Positions 48,815-58,122 of a stretch of 64,000 nucleotides of DNA are shown here, one piece after another; the stretch's first letter is position 1; every line of letters begins with the position of its first letter. A program made the position numbers and the translations under genes. Location of the stretch: contig JBKHVI010000003.1 of NCBI GenBank assembly GCA_046570105.1, positions 1 to 64,000 on the forward strand, given 5' to 3'. The notes under the pieces are model-generated. The model searched no databases, had not been told where the DNA came from, and saw only the letters and a program-made list of their open reading frames with translations. The stretch comes from Bacteriovoracia bacterium (GTDB lineage: Bacteria > Bdellovibrionota > Bacteriovoracia > Bacteriovoracales > Bacteriovoracaceae).

Positions 48815-49461
48815 ATGTAAACTATTTAGATTTTTTTGACCTTAAACTGATTAAGGAACTGAGAAACAAAATCAAAAGAAAAGAATCACATTTCAAACCT
48901 ATCGAAGCCAAATTTGGCTTCAACCTTCCACTAAGTTTATTAAACGGTATTGAAATTCGAAAAAACTTTCCAGAAATCGTTTCGTTTGCTGAAACGAATA
49001 TCAAGGAATTAGTTGAACGCGAAGTAGGGACGCCAATCAACCTGATGAGAGATAATCTGCGCTCAATTCGTATCCAGCGCTATACTTCTCCCAAAGAGGG
49101 TTTCCTCTGGCATATTGATGGAGCCGACTACACTGTCTTTATCACCTTAAGTAACACTCTCAAAGGTGGAACAGAGTACATCTCTTTTAAACGCAGTTTG
49201 CTGCTAAAACCCTTGGTGTATTTCTATCCTTTTCTCGTGCTATTTAATCGATGCTCCTGGGCCATTCGTCCCTTCGCTCCACGAAGGATGCTGGGCGAAC
49301 CAGGTGATCTTATTCTGTTACAAGGAGGAAAATCGGCCCATAGAACTTATTGTGAGAGTGAGAGCGGCGAGAGACAGATTCTGGCCATAAGCTTTGATCG
49401 AGTGACAAAACCTAAAAACCCTATCTGGGATTTTATTGCGCAAAAGCTTGTGCACCAGTAG
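48811..49461 (+). CDS. 2OG-Fe(II) oxygenase family protein
   Basis: WHID (HxD), GGT, GD.ILL.G....HR (distal His) and R..L.ISF motifs; TTG start coupled to the upstream stop. Confidence 0.75.
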   Translation: MNVNYLDFFDLKLIKELRNKIKRKESHFKPIEAKFGFNLPLSLLNGIEIRKNFPEIVSFAETNIKELVEREVGTPINLMRDNLRSIRIQRYTSPKEGFLWHIDGADYTVFITLSNTLKGGTEYISFKRSLLLKPLVYFYPFLVLFNRCSWAIRPFAPRRMLGEPGDLILLQGGKSAHRTYCESESGERQILAISFDRVTKPKNPIWDFIAQKLVHQ

Positions 49462-50857
49462 ATTTATCTTTAGACACTTTGCTGACATCTTTCGGTACCT
49501 CATTGCCTGCACCGAAATAGACAGGCACGATGCCGCGACGAACTTTGTACATATAATAAAGATTCGACAGCAGATGGTAGTGCTTTAATTTATACTTCCC
49601 TCTCCAAAGTCGAAGTAAAATTGATCGCAGAGAATAGAAGCGACGAAGCGCTCGCCAATAGCCACGCTGAATCTCATCCGCCGACATATGGGGATGCTTA
49701 AAGACCACATAAGACTCTCGAAAATGGCTCAAATCTTTATCGACGATCATTCCGCTATCAAATACTTTCTTTCCGAGAGGAGTCTTAGGATAAGGCGTAT
49801 AAAGAAAGAATTCAGCAATAGACACACCCATCTTCTCTAACCATTCAACAGTCTCATCAAAAGTTTCCTGAGTATCCTCTGGAAATCCGAAAACAATCAA
49901 TGCATGGACAGCAATTCCACTTGCATGAATTTTCTGAATAGCTTTTTCAAAATCGCTAACACGATTAAACCCCTTAGCGACTTGATTCAAATTCTTTTGC
50001 GAGAGCGATTCAAAACCGACGGCAACAAAAACACAGCCGGCCTCTTTCGCAAGCTGTAATAATTCTGGATCTTTGGCAATGTTGACTGTGCACTGTGTTC
50101 CCCAGCCCACCTTAAGATCTTTCATCGCTCGAAAGAGTTCTTTAGAATAGACGACGTCTTCCATTAGATTATCGTCAACGAATGAAAGCTGTCGCGACTT
50201 ACTGGCCTTAATATCTCTTACGACATCGGCAACTGGACGTAAGCGATAGCGCTTTTGATAAAACTCAATGATCGAACAATATTCACAAACGAAAGGACAT
50301 CCGCGAGTTGCCTGGACAGGTAGCACGGCCATGCGACTTTTGTCTGCCAGGTCATAGCGAGGCACCGGAAGATCTTCGAGGGGAAAAGGTTTGTCCTGTT
50401 GGTAGCTTTTTTTGAGTTGCCCATGCTCTATATCGTGAAGCATCTGAAGCCACACTCCTTCCGCTTCACCAACACAATAGGCATCGACATAATCTTCAAT
50501 TAATTCCGGGTGCATGGTAGGAAGGAAGCCTCCCATGATGACAATCTTTCCTCGTTTCTTAAACTCTTTGGCTATCTCTTGAGCGCGTTTGAGCTGCATA
50601 ACCTGGGCATGAATCCCTATGACATCCGCATCTGTGTTAAAATCGACATCTTGGAAATATTCTTCAATCTTTTCTACTTTGATATGACTGGGTGTCATCG
50701 CTGCTAAAATAAGCAAACCCAACTTCTCCACGTTGACTGTCGTCAGACGATTCCACCATCCCTTGGATTGAACGAGTCTGCCCTTGTCGTCATAATGGGC
50801 ACTGTGAATAAACAGTACCTTTTTGATTTTAGGATGAGCTGTCACAGGTTGATTCAT
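49433..50857 (-). CDS. B12-binding-domain radical SAM protein
   Basis: LGLL.LAAMTP, D..GI, V.MGG..PT, GEAE; TRGCPFVCEYC; FVDDN, GFES and TPYP.TP motifs. Confidence 0.92.
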   Translation of the reverse strand: MNQPVTAHPKIKKVLFIHSAHYDDKGRLVQSKGWWNRLTTVNVEKLGLLILAAMTPSHIKVEKIEEYFQDVDFNTDADVIGIHAQVMQLKRAQEIAKEFKKRGKIVIMGGFLPTMHPELIEDYVDAYCVGEAEGVWLQMLHDIEHGQLKKSYQQDKPFPLEDLPVPRYDLADKSRMAVLPVQATRGCPFVCEYCSIIEFYQKRYRLRPVADVVRDIKASKSRQLSFVDDNLMEDVVYSKELFRAMKDLKVGWGTQCTVNIAKDPELLQLAKEAGCVFVAVGFESLSQKNLNQVAKGFNRVSDFEKAIQKIHASGIAVHALIVFGFPEDTQETFDETVEWLEKMGVSIAEFFLYTPYPKTPLGKKVFDSGMIVDKDLSHFRESYVVFKHPHMSADEIQRGYWRALRRFYSLRSILLRLWRGKYKLKHYHLLSNLYYMYKVRRGIVPVYFGAGNEVPKDVSKVSKDKSTGAQAFAQ

Positions 50858-51795
50858 TTACTTAAATCTTCGCTTGGAAAAGTTATCTCAAATCTCAGCC
50901 CACCTAGCGAGGACTGTCCTAACTTGAGCTCTCCTCGATGTTCATCCAAGCATGCTTTTACCGAGATAAGCCCTAGCCCCGTCCCAGTAGACTTAGTCGT
51001 ATAGAAAGGCTCAAAGATTTGATCGTACTTTTCTGGTGGAATACCTTTGCCATTGTCCTCGATAGAAAACTTTATCGCTTCAGCCTTATCTTGAGCCAAA
51101 GTGATTCTTATCTCAGGATTTACAGTATGAGCATTAGCCGCTTCAGCTGCATTCAAAATGAGATTCAATATCATTTGATGTATTAAAACGGAGCGACCTT
51201 TAAAACTGAAAGAGCCCGCTGATACCTCAGTGTCAAGCTTGCATCTCATCAGTGCCTTATGATGAGATGCGATCTCGACACATTCGCTCAGTACAGAAGA
51301 AAAATTGAAACTCTCAATGCGCCCCATTTCGGAATTACTGGCGGTTTTTAACTTTTTCATCATTTCGATGAGACGATCTGTAGAGGCGCGCAGTTTAACT
51401 AGCGCATCTTGTGTCTCAGTACTATGGCCATTTAAGCTCAGCACATGCTCCACACGCAGCGTGATGATACTTAAAAGATTATTCGCATCATGGGCCAGAC
51501 ATGAAGCCAGCATCCCCGCAGCGGCCTTGCTCTCGGACTTGAGTAATGCCTCTCTCTCGCGCATAAGACGAAGGCCATCTTGGAAAATCTTTTGAAAAAG
51601 GATGTAGCAGAAAATAAAAAGACCTAAAGAGGAAAAGAACATGAAGCCTAGTCCCTTATACATCTCTAACTTTTCAAGCACCTCTTTAGTAGGCGCCATG
51701 CTGGCAACAATCTTTCCAGAAGTCAGAATATAAAGAGAAGCGAGGATGAAATATCCCACTGAGATGAACACAGTATATTTTAGGGGCTTACTCAT
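50854..51795 (-). CDS. Membrane-bound sensor histidine kinase
   Basis: Two TM helices; AHDANN H-box; NLILNA, DNG.G, FYTTK and GTGLGL boxes. Confidence 0.92.
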   Translation of the reverse strand: MSKPLKYTVFISVGYFILASLYILTSGKIVASMAPTKEVLEKLEMYKGLGFMFFSSLGLFIFCYILFQKIFQDGLRLMREREALLKSESKAAAGMLASCLAHDANNLLSIITLRVEHVLSLNGHSTETQDALVKLRASTDRLIEMMKKLKTASNSEMGRIESFNFSSVLSECVEIASHHKALMRCKLDTEVSAGSFSFKGRSVLIHQMILNLILNAAEAANAHTVNPEIRITLAQDKAEAIKFSIEDNGKGIPPEKYDQIFEPFYTTKSTGTGLGLISVKACLDEHRGELKLGQSSLGGLRFEITFPSEDLSK

Positions 51796-51860
51796 GGCTA
51801 AATTCTTCACCGCACAAGCTTAGTTCATGAATGTGGATGGAGACAATTAAAGGTCAGCGC

Positions 51861-51892
51861 AAAAAAAAAGCTCCCTGGTGAAGGGAGCTTTT
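51861..51892 (-). terminator. Rho-independent terminator downstream of tRNA-Leu
   Basis: GCTCCCT-N5-AGGGAGC stem followed by U9 on the minus strand. Confidence 0.85.
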
Positions 51893-51929
51893 CATTTTAA
51901 CAATCGCCAGAGGCGATTAAATTAAAAAG

Positions 51930-52012
51930 TGGTGCCCGGTGAGGGACTCGAACCCCCACGATCACTCACCAGATCCTAAGTCTGGCGTGTCTACCAATTC
52001 CACCAACCGGGC
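51930..52012 (-). tRNA. tRNA-Leu (TAG)
   Basis: GCCCGGT/ACCGGGC acceptor stem + ACCA; D-loop GGAATTGGTAGAC; anticodon arm CCAGA-CTTAGGA-TCTGG; GTTCGAGT T-loop; long variable arm. Confidence 0.96.
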
Positions 52013-52065
52013 AATTAGGGAGCCAGAATAAAGGGAAGATGAGATTTAGGCAAGAGTAAGGCGCT

Positions 52066-55000
52066 TTAAGCTGCTTTTTTGCCCGGAGCAGCAGGCTTCG
52101 CTTTGGCCTTTTCCATGTCTTTTTTAAGCTTTTCCAGCATGTTTTTGAGGGCGGTATTCTCCGCGCGGGCCTTGTTAATCTCTTTTTTAGCTTCACCCAA
52201 CTGATTGGTTGCTGCAGCAAAATCAGCAGAAAGCTTTTTAACTGTCGCATCCATTTGGGCCATTTTGCCTTTGGTGGCCTGGTCACCTGCACCACCACCT
52301 GCTGCCGACTTGGCCAGCATGCCTGTGAGTTCAGCTACTTTTTGCTCTAACTCTTTAATGTTTAACTCGTACTTACCGGCCTTCTGAGTTTGTTGCTTCA
52401 AATCTTCCTGCAAACCGGCAATCGCCTTCTCATGGGCATCGTTCTTAGCGATTGGTGTCGCCATCACTGGACCAGTTGTCGAGAGAGCAGATTTGAGGGC
52501 CTCTTCAAGTCGTTTTCTTTCTCCGCGCAAGCGTGCAAGCTCAGCTTGATCAAGATCAATCCGACTCTTCATCTTAGTCATTTCTTTTTGAGTTGTCTGC
52601 AAAGCGACTTCAGCACGCTGTTTCTCCAGCATGACTTTTCTCACATCTTCATCTTTTTTAGGATTAGCGCCACCGTTTTGCTTTTCTAGGTTTGTCGCCA
52701 TCGACGTGAGTTTGTTCTTATAGACTTCAACTAAGCGAGTAAGCGATTGCTTCTCTTGCTCAAGAGCACGAAGTTTTTGTGCTTGAGTAGCTTGTTGTGT
52801 ATTGGCCTGTGAACCAATCAAATCGGAAATCTTCGTATTTAGATCTTTGATCTCTTTGTCTTTTTTGACCAAGATTATAGAAAGACCATCTTTGGCTTTT
52901 TGCACAACTAGATCACGAGATTTAAGTGCACGATTGGCCTTCTCAATTTCTTGGGCAAAGAAAGCATCTTTCTTCTGCATTTCAATTTTAGCTTTCTTGA
53001 TATCTTGTTCTGCTTGCTTGGCAGCTGTGATGATTTTTTGTTCACGCTCAAGAGCCTCTTTCAAGCGTTCGGTATCGCGAGGATCAATTTCTTTTCCGCT
53101 GGCAAGATCTTGGATGATCTGAATTTTTTCTGCAACCGGAATAATCTCTACTTCTGGTACCACCGCTGATTCGGCCATTTCTTTAGCTTCAATACGCGCT
53201 GATTCCTGGGCTTTCTGCTCCAATTGATGGACTTGAATTCGAGAGTCTTTGAGCACTCTGATTTCCGTTTTCGCCGCTTCTAACTGTCCCTTAGTCGCAT
53301 TGAAATCTGCTTCTACTTGACGTAATTTCTGGATTAAAATGGCATTGGCCGCATCGTTTTGCACCACTTGCTCTTCACCTGCTTGCGGCGCTGGAGCAAC
53401 AAACAAGCGCTGAATAACTTGCTCCCCTTCCATCTTCTTCACTTCTTCATGTGAGCTATGAAGGATCGTTTTAACTTCTTCTTCACTTTCATGCAGTGTA
53501 TGTGACAGGGCCTTGATAAGGCTTTCCTCTCCTACGCCTGAATTATTTTGCACTGCTGAGCGCACTGATTCTTTCACAACAGTTCTAAGTAATTTTTCTT
53601 GTTCCTCAGGAGTGATTATTCCTGCCACTTCATCAGGAGTTTTCCCCGGGAACATGGTGGCCATTTTCGTCTTGAGTGACTCTTGGAAATTTGCTCTGAA
53701 CTGATAATCGGGCAGCTCAGGTAAAACCGTTTCCGGAATAACAAATGCCTCATCAACGGTTACAAAATCTGCAATAACTTTTGGTAATTCTGTTTGACTG
53801 AAAAGTTGCAAATCACTCGATGTGAGTCGATCAAGAGTTTGACCCATCTTGCTAGCAAATCTCTCGAGGCTATGTTTAATTTTATCAGGAGCGGCATTTT
53901 GCACGAGACCCGTTTTGACTTTCCAGTCACCCTTAACTTCTTCTCCGATACCTTGACTCACACGCATGATGAAGTCATTAGCACTCATGGGTGATCCCTT
54001 AATCACCTGATCGCCCACTTCTTCTTCAATACCACCTGTTACACGTTGAATAAGTTCATCGCGAGCAGCTGCTCCTTTGACCATGATGGCAGCTTCGTCT
54101 TCACCCTCTCCACCACCCACGACAACTGGTACATCAGGAGCTTCGACTCCACCTTTAACCAATTGAGCAAGATCGGCTTCATCTAAGCTGCCTGAGATTT
54201 TCTCGGCTACTTTTTCTGCAAAGCTATCACTCAGTTTCTTTTGGAAATCATCGTCATGTTTGAGATCACCACGGACTCTTTCAATTTGCTGTTCATAGGC
54301 TTTTGAAACGTTATTTTTTCTGACTCGATCAATGACGTGTTGAATGTCACTCTCTACGAGATTCGCAATTTGTTCAGAGTCATAAAACTCAGTCAGCAGA
54401 TCCATCATCTGGTTTTCTGAGACTTCAGCAATTTCTTTTTCAGGATAGCGAACTTTCCATTGATCAATTACAAATCCAACCAATTGTTTAGCCAAATCTG
54501 GATGATCTTTTAGATAGCCCTCATGTCCTGTTTCAGGCATGACCATTTCAAGCAAATGTCCTGGTAATGGCTTATCTTTAATTTGCTCAGCATTGAGTTC
54601 CATCCCCGCGACAGTTTCACGTGGGACTTGGTGCAATTGATACTCAATTTGGCGCTCGATCTGGGCAGTGGTCTGAATATGATTCATCATGAGGCCACTA
54701 AATCTCAGAGTGCGAACACCTTTGCGATTTTGCCAAAGACCAGTGATGACCAGCTTAGATGCCGTCTGAATATATTGGATTTCAGTAAAGTCAGCGCTGT
54801 GCATACAGATTGCCAAGAGATAGCGCAATGGATCCTGTCCATTAGGTTGTCCGAAACTGTCCATCAAGTACTCGGCCACGTAGTTTTTAACCGGCAAATG
54901 AATTTGCACAATTGTTTCATGGCCTGTGTGTCCACAATCGACTTCAAACGGGGCCCCAGCAATGCCGGCCTGTTTTAAATACACTAGATAATAAATAGCA

Positions 55001-55494
55001 TGATCAATAAAGGTACGAACGTTTACGACCGCTCCATCCCGAGAATGAACGAAATGAGCTAAGCGATCCAGCTCTGAGCCAATACGCATATGATTGGTAA
55101 TCTTGCAGCTCATGCCCTCTTTGATACTTGGGAAATTCTCTGCAAGCTGAACACTCGCTTGTCCTTGGAAGAATTTCTCCAAGGTCACCTGGCCCATCTT
55201 TTCAGTCAGCCATTTCTGATCCAAAACGAAACGGCCATTGTTGGTAATAAAAGAAGGAAGATCCTTAACTGCTGTTAGGGCGATGATCTTGATGTCATTT
55301 TCAAGAGTATTAAACATGCGATTCATGGCATGGAAATCTTGATCGCCTGAAGCACAAATATGTGTGATCTCCATATTCATTTCAAATTCAGCAAGACCAA
55401 CCGTTTTGGCGTTAATTTTCTCAAAGAACTCCATGAGTTCCCCAGAGGCTTCACCCGAATGGAGGAGAACGATTAGTGGACGCGTGACGCTCAT
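52066..55494 (-). CDS. Large hypothetical protein with a long C-terminal coiled coil
   Basis: ATGA-coupled to the upstream HD-GYP-like gene; acidic middle region with V.G[GS] repeats; C-terminal ~430 aa is E/K/Q heptad-rich. Confidence 0.85.
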   Translation of the reverse strand: MSVTRPLIVLLHSGEASGELMEFFEKINAKTVGLAEFEMNMEITHICASGDQDFHAMNRMFNTLENDIKIIALTAVKDLPSFITNNGRFVLDQKWLTEKMGQVTLEKFFQGQASVQLAENFPSIKEGMSCKITNHMRIGSELDRLAHFVHSRDGAVVNVRTFIDHAIYYLVYLKQAGIAGAPFEVDCGHTGHETIVQIHLPVKNYVAEYLMDSFGQPNGQDPLRYLLAICMHSADFTEIQYIQTASKLVITGLWQNRKGVRTLRFSGLMMNHIQTTAQIERQIEYQLHQVPRETVAGMELNAEQIKDKPLPGHLLEMVMPETGHEGYLKDHPDLAKQLVGFVIDQWKVRYPEKEIAEVSENQMMDLLTEFYDSEQIANLVESDIQHVIDRVRKNNVSKAYEQQIERVRGDLKHDDDFQKKLSDSFAEKVAEKISGSLDEADLAQLVKGGVEAPDVPVVVGGGEGEDEAAIMVKGAAARDELIQRVTGGIEEEVGDQVIKGSPMSANDFIMRVSQGIGEEVKGDWKVKTGLVQNAAPDKIKHSLERFASKMGQTLDRLTSSDLQLFSQTELPKVIADFVTVDEAFVIPETVLPELPDYQFRANFQESLKTKMATMFPGKTPDEVAGIITPEEQEKLLRTVVKESVRSAVQNNSGVGEESLIKALSHTLHESEEEVKTILHSSHEEVKKMEGEQVIQRLFVAPAPQAGEEQVVQNDAANAILIQKLRQVEADFNATKGQLEAAKTEIRVLKDSRIQVHQLEQKAQESARIEAKEMAESAVVPEVEIIPVAEKIQIIQDLASGKEIDPRDTERLKEALEREQKIITAAKQAEQDIKKAKIEMQKKDAFFAQEIEKANRALKSRDLVVQKAKDGLSIILVKKDKEIKDLNTKISDLIGSQANTQQATQAQKLRALEQEKQSLTRLVEVYKNKLTSMATNLEKQNGGANPKKDEDVRKVMLEKQRAEVALQTTQKEMTKMKSRIDLDQAELARLRGERKRLEEALKSALSTTGPVMATPIAKNDAHEKAIAGLQEDLKQQTQKAGKYELNIKELEQKVAELTGMLAKSAAGGGAGDQATKGKMAQMDATVKKLSADFAAATNQLGEAKKEINKARAENTALKNMLEKLKKDMEKAKAKPAAPGKKAA

Positions 55495-56555
55495 GCCGCC
55501 ACCTCCACTGCTTTGGGAATTCTGAACCAAAGTTTAATTTTCGCAAGAATACCTTTCACCGGTAGATTCTCAACAGGCTTAGCTTGATAACGGGCCCAAA
55601 GATGACCAAAGCTCTGACTTAAATCCTTTTCAAGAACTTCTTCTTGGTAATCCACCATATTGTCGGCCAACATCATTAATGTCTGCCAATCTGAGAGCAC
55701 CGAGAATGTCATGCCTTCAGGAAAACCAGTTCCATCAGCTTTTTCATGATGATGAAGGATGCTGGTAATGAGTTCAGGAAAAATATACTGAGCTTCAAAT
55801 TGCTCTCTGACTCGATCGTAACCCATACGCGGATGTTCTAAGAAAAGTTCAACTTCCTCTTTGCCCGCATTTTTCTCTTTTAACAAAAGATCACCTGCGC
55901 CAGGAGAGAACTTCTCTGCTTGGCAAGCAAGTGCAACCCAATAGCTAAAATGCTCACTCAGTAAGCCAATATCTAATAGCCAGCCCGTGAGATAAATATC
56001 TTTCAAAAACTGTGTATCTTCATAACCAGCAGCGATACTTACCAACACTGCCAAAGAAGAAACCATCAAGCCACGACGATAGAGCACCACATGGCCCGCT
56101 TGAAATTCTTCAATAATATTTTGATCAACAGGGAAAAGAGAATAACAAGCAAAAGCCCAATCGAGCATGCACAGCCCACCATCAGGACGCAGACCTAGCC
56201 GAAGAGATGAAATAAATTGTTCGCGCTTATGTTCAATCTCGTTTGGATCTTGAGCAAGATCCCACTGATTGAATAGTTCTTTAAGATTTTCAACTGCCGC
56301 AAGATTGATCAGTGGTTTCCAGAGCAGATTTGCTGAAGTGGCAAACTTCTTTTTCCAATTCTCTTCTAAAACATCCCCAGCACGTTTAAGTCGAAGAGTT
56401 TTTCCTGAATGTGTTTTTAAAAATATATCTCCGGGCGCAATTTTCCATTGCGACAACACTGCACCCTCAATCGGATGCAACGAACTTTCATTTACTGAAA
56501 GCTGAGTTTGATTTTTAGTTGAGGTCGACACAGTGCCTGACCCTCCTTCACTCAA
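55491..56555 (-). CDS. HD-GYP-like protein, degenerate
   Basis: HP..G and HHE..DG.GFP.G present; the HD position reads LLDIG. Confidence 0.8.
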   Translation of the reverse strand: MSEGGSGTVSTSTKNQTQLSVNESSLHPIEGAVLSQWKIAPGDIFLKTHSGKTLRLKRAGDVLEENWKKKFATSANLLWKPLINLAAVENLKELFNQWDLAQDPNEIEHKREQFISSLRLGLRPDGGLCMLDWAFACYSLFPVDQNIIEEFQAGHVVLYRRGLMVSSLAVLVSIAAGYEDTQFLKDIYLTGWLLDIGLLSEHFSYWVALACQAEKFSPGAGDLLLKEKNAGKEEVELFLEHPRMGYDRVREQFEAQYIFPELITSILHHHEKADGTGFPEGMTFSVLSDWQTLMMLADNMVDYQEEVLEKDLSQSFGHLWARYQAKPVENLPVKGILAKIKLWFRIPKAVEVAA

Positions 56556-56691
56556 AGCTTTTCGGTAAAAAACCTAATAAAATCGAGGAAAACTTAACTC
56601 TTGAGTAGACAGCTACAGTATGTGTGTTTGTGAATAGACGAGTGAGTCCCTGAGATTTATCATTAGCAAAACGCTAACCTTTAAGGCCTCG

Positions 56692-58122
56692 ATGACTCCT
56701 TTAGATTCGCTTATTATAGCCGCTTATATCTCTCTGATTTTCTATATGGCCTGGCGAGTGGGACGCGGAAATCATAAATCAACGAGCACTGCCGAGTCTC
56801 AGTATCTGGCGAATCGAAGCCTCAGCTTTACCGAATCAATTTGCTCCATTATTGCTACCGAGGTTTCTGCTCTGACATTTTTAGGCATTCCCGCCTTCGC
56901 TTTTAATCAAAATTTCAGCTTTGTTCAGATTTATTTTGGCGCGATTGCAGGACGCCTACTCGTGGCGCTTTTCTTTCTACCTAAGATTTACGGCAAGGGA
57001 CTGACGATTTATGAAGTGATGGCACAGGGTACACAAGGAGCCACCGGCCGACGTGTGGTGGGAATTTTCTATGCTATCAGCAAAGTTTTTTCTGTCGGTG
57101 TTCGCCTCTTCTCCGGCTCAATCTTAGTCTCTACATTTATGGGAGTGAACGTTTATATCGGACTTGCTGCTGTTACGTTTATTACTTTTTTCTACACACT
57201 GATTGGCGGACTTAAAGCAGTCGTACGAACTGATATTTTACAGATGTCTTTATTCATTCTCGGTGGCATCGCGGCTCACTATTTGATTCCCAATGTCGCC
57301 AATCAATCTTGGGGTGAGATGATGTCGCTTGCCCATGCTGCTGGCAAAACAACAATATTTGATATCACTCAGCCATGGAGTATTGTAGCGGGCCTTTTAG
57401 GTGGTATTTTGTTTGATATGTCGACTCATGGTGTGGATCAGGACTTTGCTCAACGCCTCACCGCCAATGCTTCTCTTAAGCGTGGTCAGCAAGCCATCTT
57501 CTTCTCATCATTTATTTCTATCAGTGTGGGTTTATTATTCTTAGGTGTGGGAGCTTTGTTATGGAGCTACTACCAAACTCATCCCTTCCCTAGTGATATT
57601 CCCAATGCCGATCATTTATTCGCGCATTTTATTGTGAATTATTTTCCTCAAGGCATGAAAGGCCTGATGGTCGCAGGTGTCTTGGCCGCCACCATGAGTA
57701 CTCTTGATTCAACTATCAACGCACTCTGTGCCACGCTTTATAATGATATTTTGCCTAAGCGCTCTAAGCTCTCTATTGGCCAATATTTTATGATCGATAA
57801 TATTGCTATCACATTATTGCTCTTTAGCGTTGCTGTCGTAGCTTCTCAAAATGATGGTCTCTTAATGCTCGGTCTTAAAATTCAATCTTGGACTGCCGGC
57901 GCTCTTTTAAGTCTCTTTATGTCTTATGTGATTTTCAAGCGTCATTTCCACTCTCCGTTTGATAGCGGCACAGTCGTTCTCGCTTATGTTTTTGGCGTCG
58001 GGGGCGTGGCACTCAATACCATGGTGATCCAAGGTAACTGGAACTGGAATACGTACTATGGTTGTGGTTTTGGCATGCTGGCGCTCTTTCTTTTAGGAAA
58101 GCTGCGCCAGCAAAAAAATTAA
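56692..58122 (+). CDS. Sodium:solute symporter family protein
   Basis: SIIATE.SA.TF.G.P, YT..GG.KAVV.TD..Q, G.DQD..QR and AATMST.DS..NAL motifs. Confidence 0.92.
   Translation: MTPLDSLIIAAYISLIFYMAWRVGRGNHKSTSTAESQYLANRSLSFTESICSIIATEVSALTFLGIPAFAFNQNFSFVQIYFGAIAGRLLVALFFLPKIYGKGLTIYEVMAQGTQGATGRRVVGIFYAISKVFSVGVRLFSGSILVSTFMGVNVYIGLAAVTFITFFYTLIGGLKAVVRTDILQMSLFILGGIAAHYLIPNVANQSWGEMMSLAHAAGKTTIFDITQPWSIVAGLLGGILFDMSTHGVDQDFAQRLTANASLKRGQQAIFFSSFISISVGLLFLGVGALLWSYYQTHPFPSDIPNADHLFAHFIVNYFPQGMKGLMVAGVLAATMSTLDSTINALCATLYNDILPKRSKLSIGQYFMIDNIAITLLLFSVAVVASQNDGLLMLGLKIQSWTAGALLSLFMSYVIFKRHFHSPFDSGTVVLAYVFGVGGVALNTMVIQGNWNWNTYYGCGFGMLALFLLGKLRQQKN

Noticed and set aside
51966..52298. 110-aa ORF overlapping the tRNA
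   Set aside because: Alternative frame of the coiled-coil gene running into tRNA-Leu; spurious.
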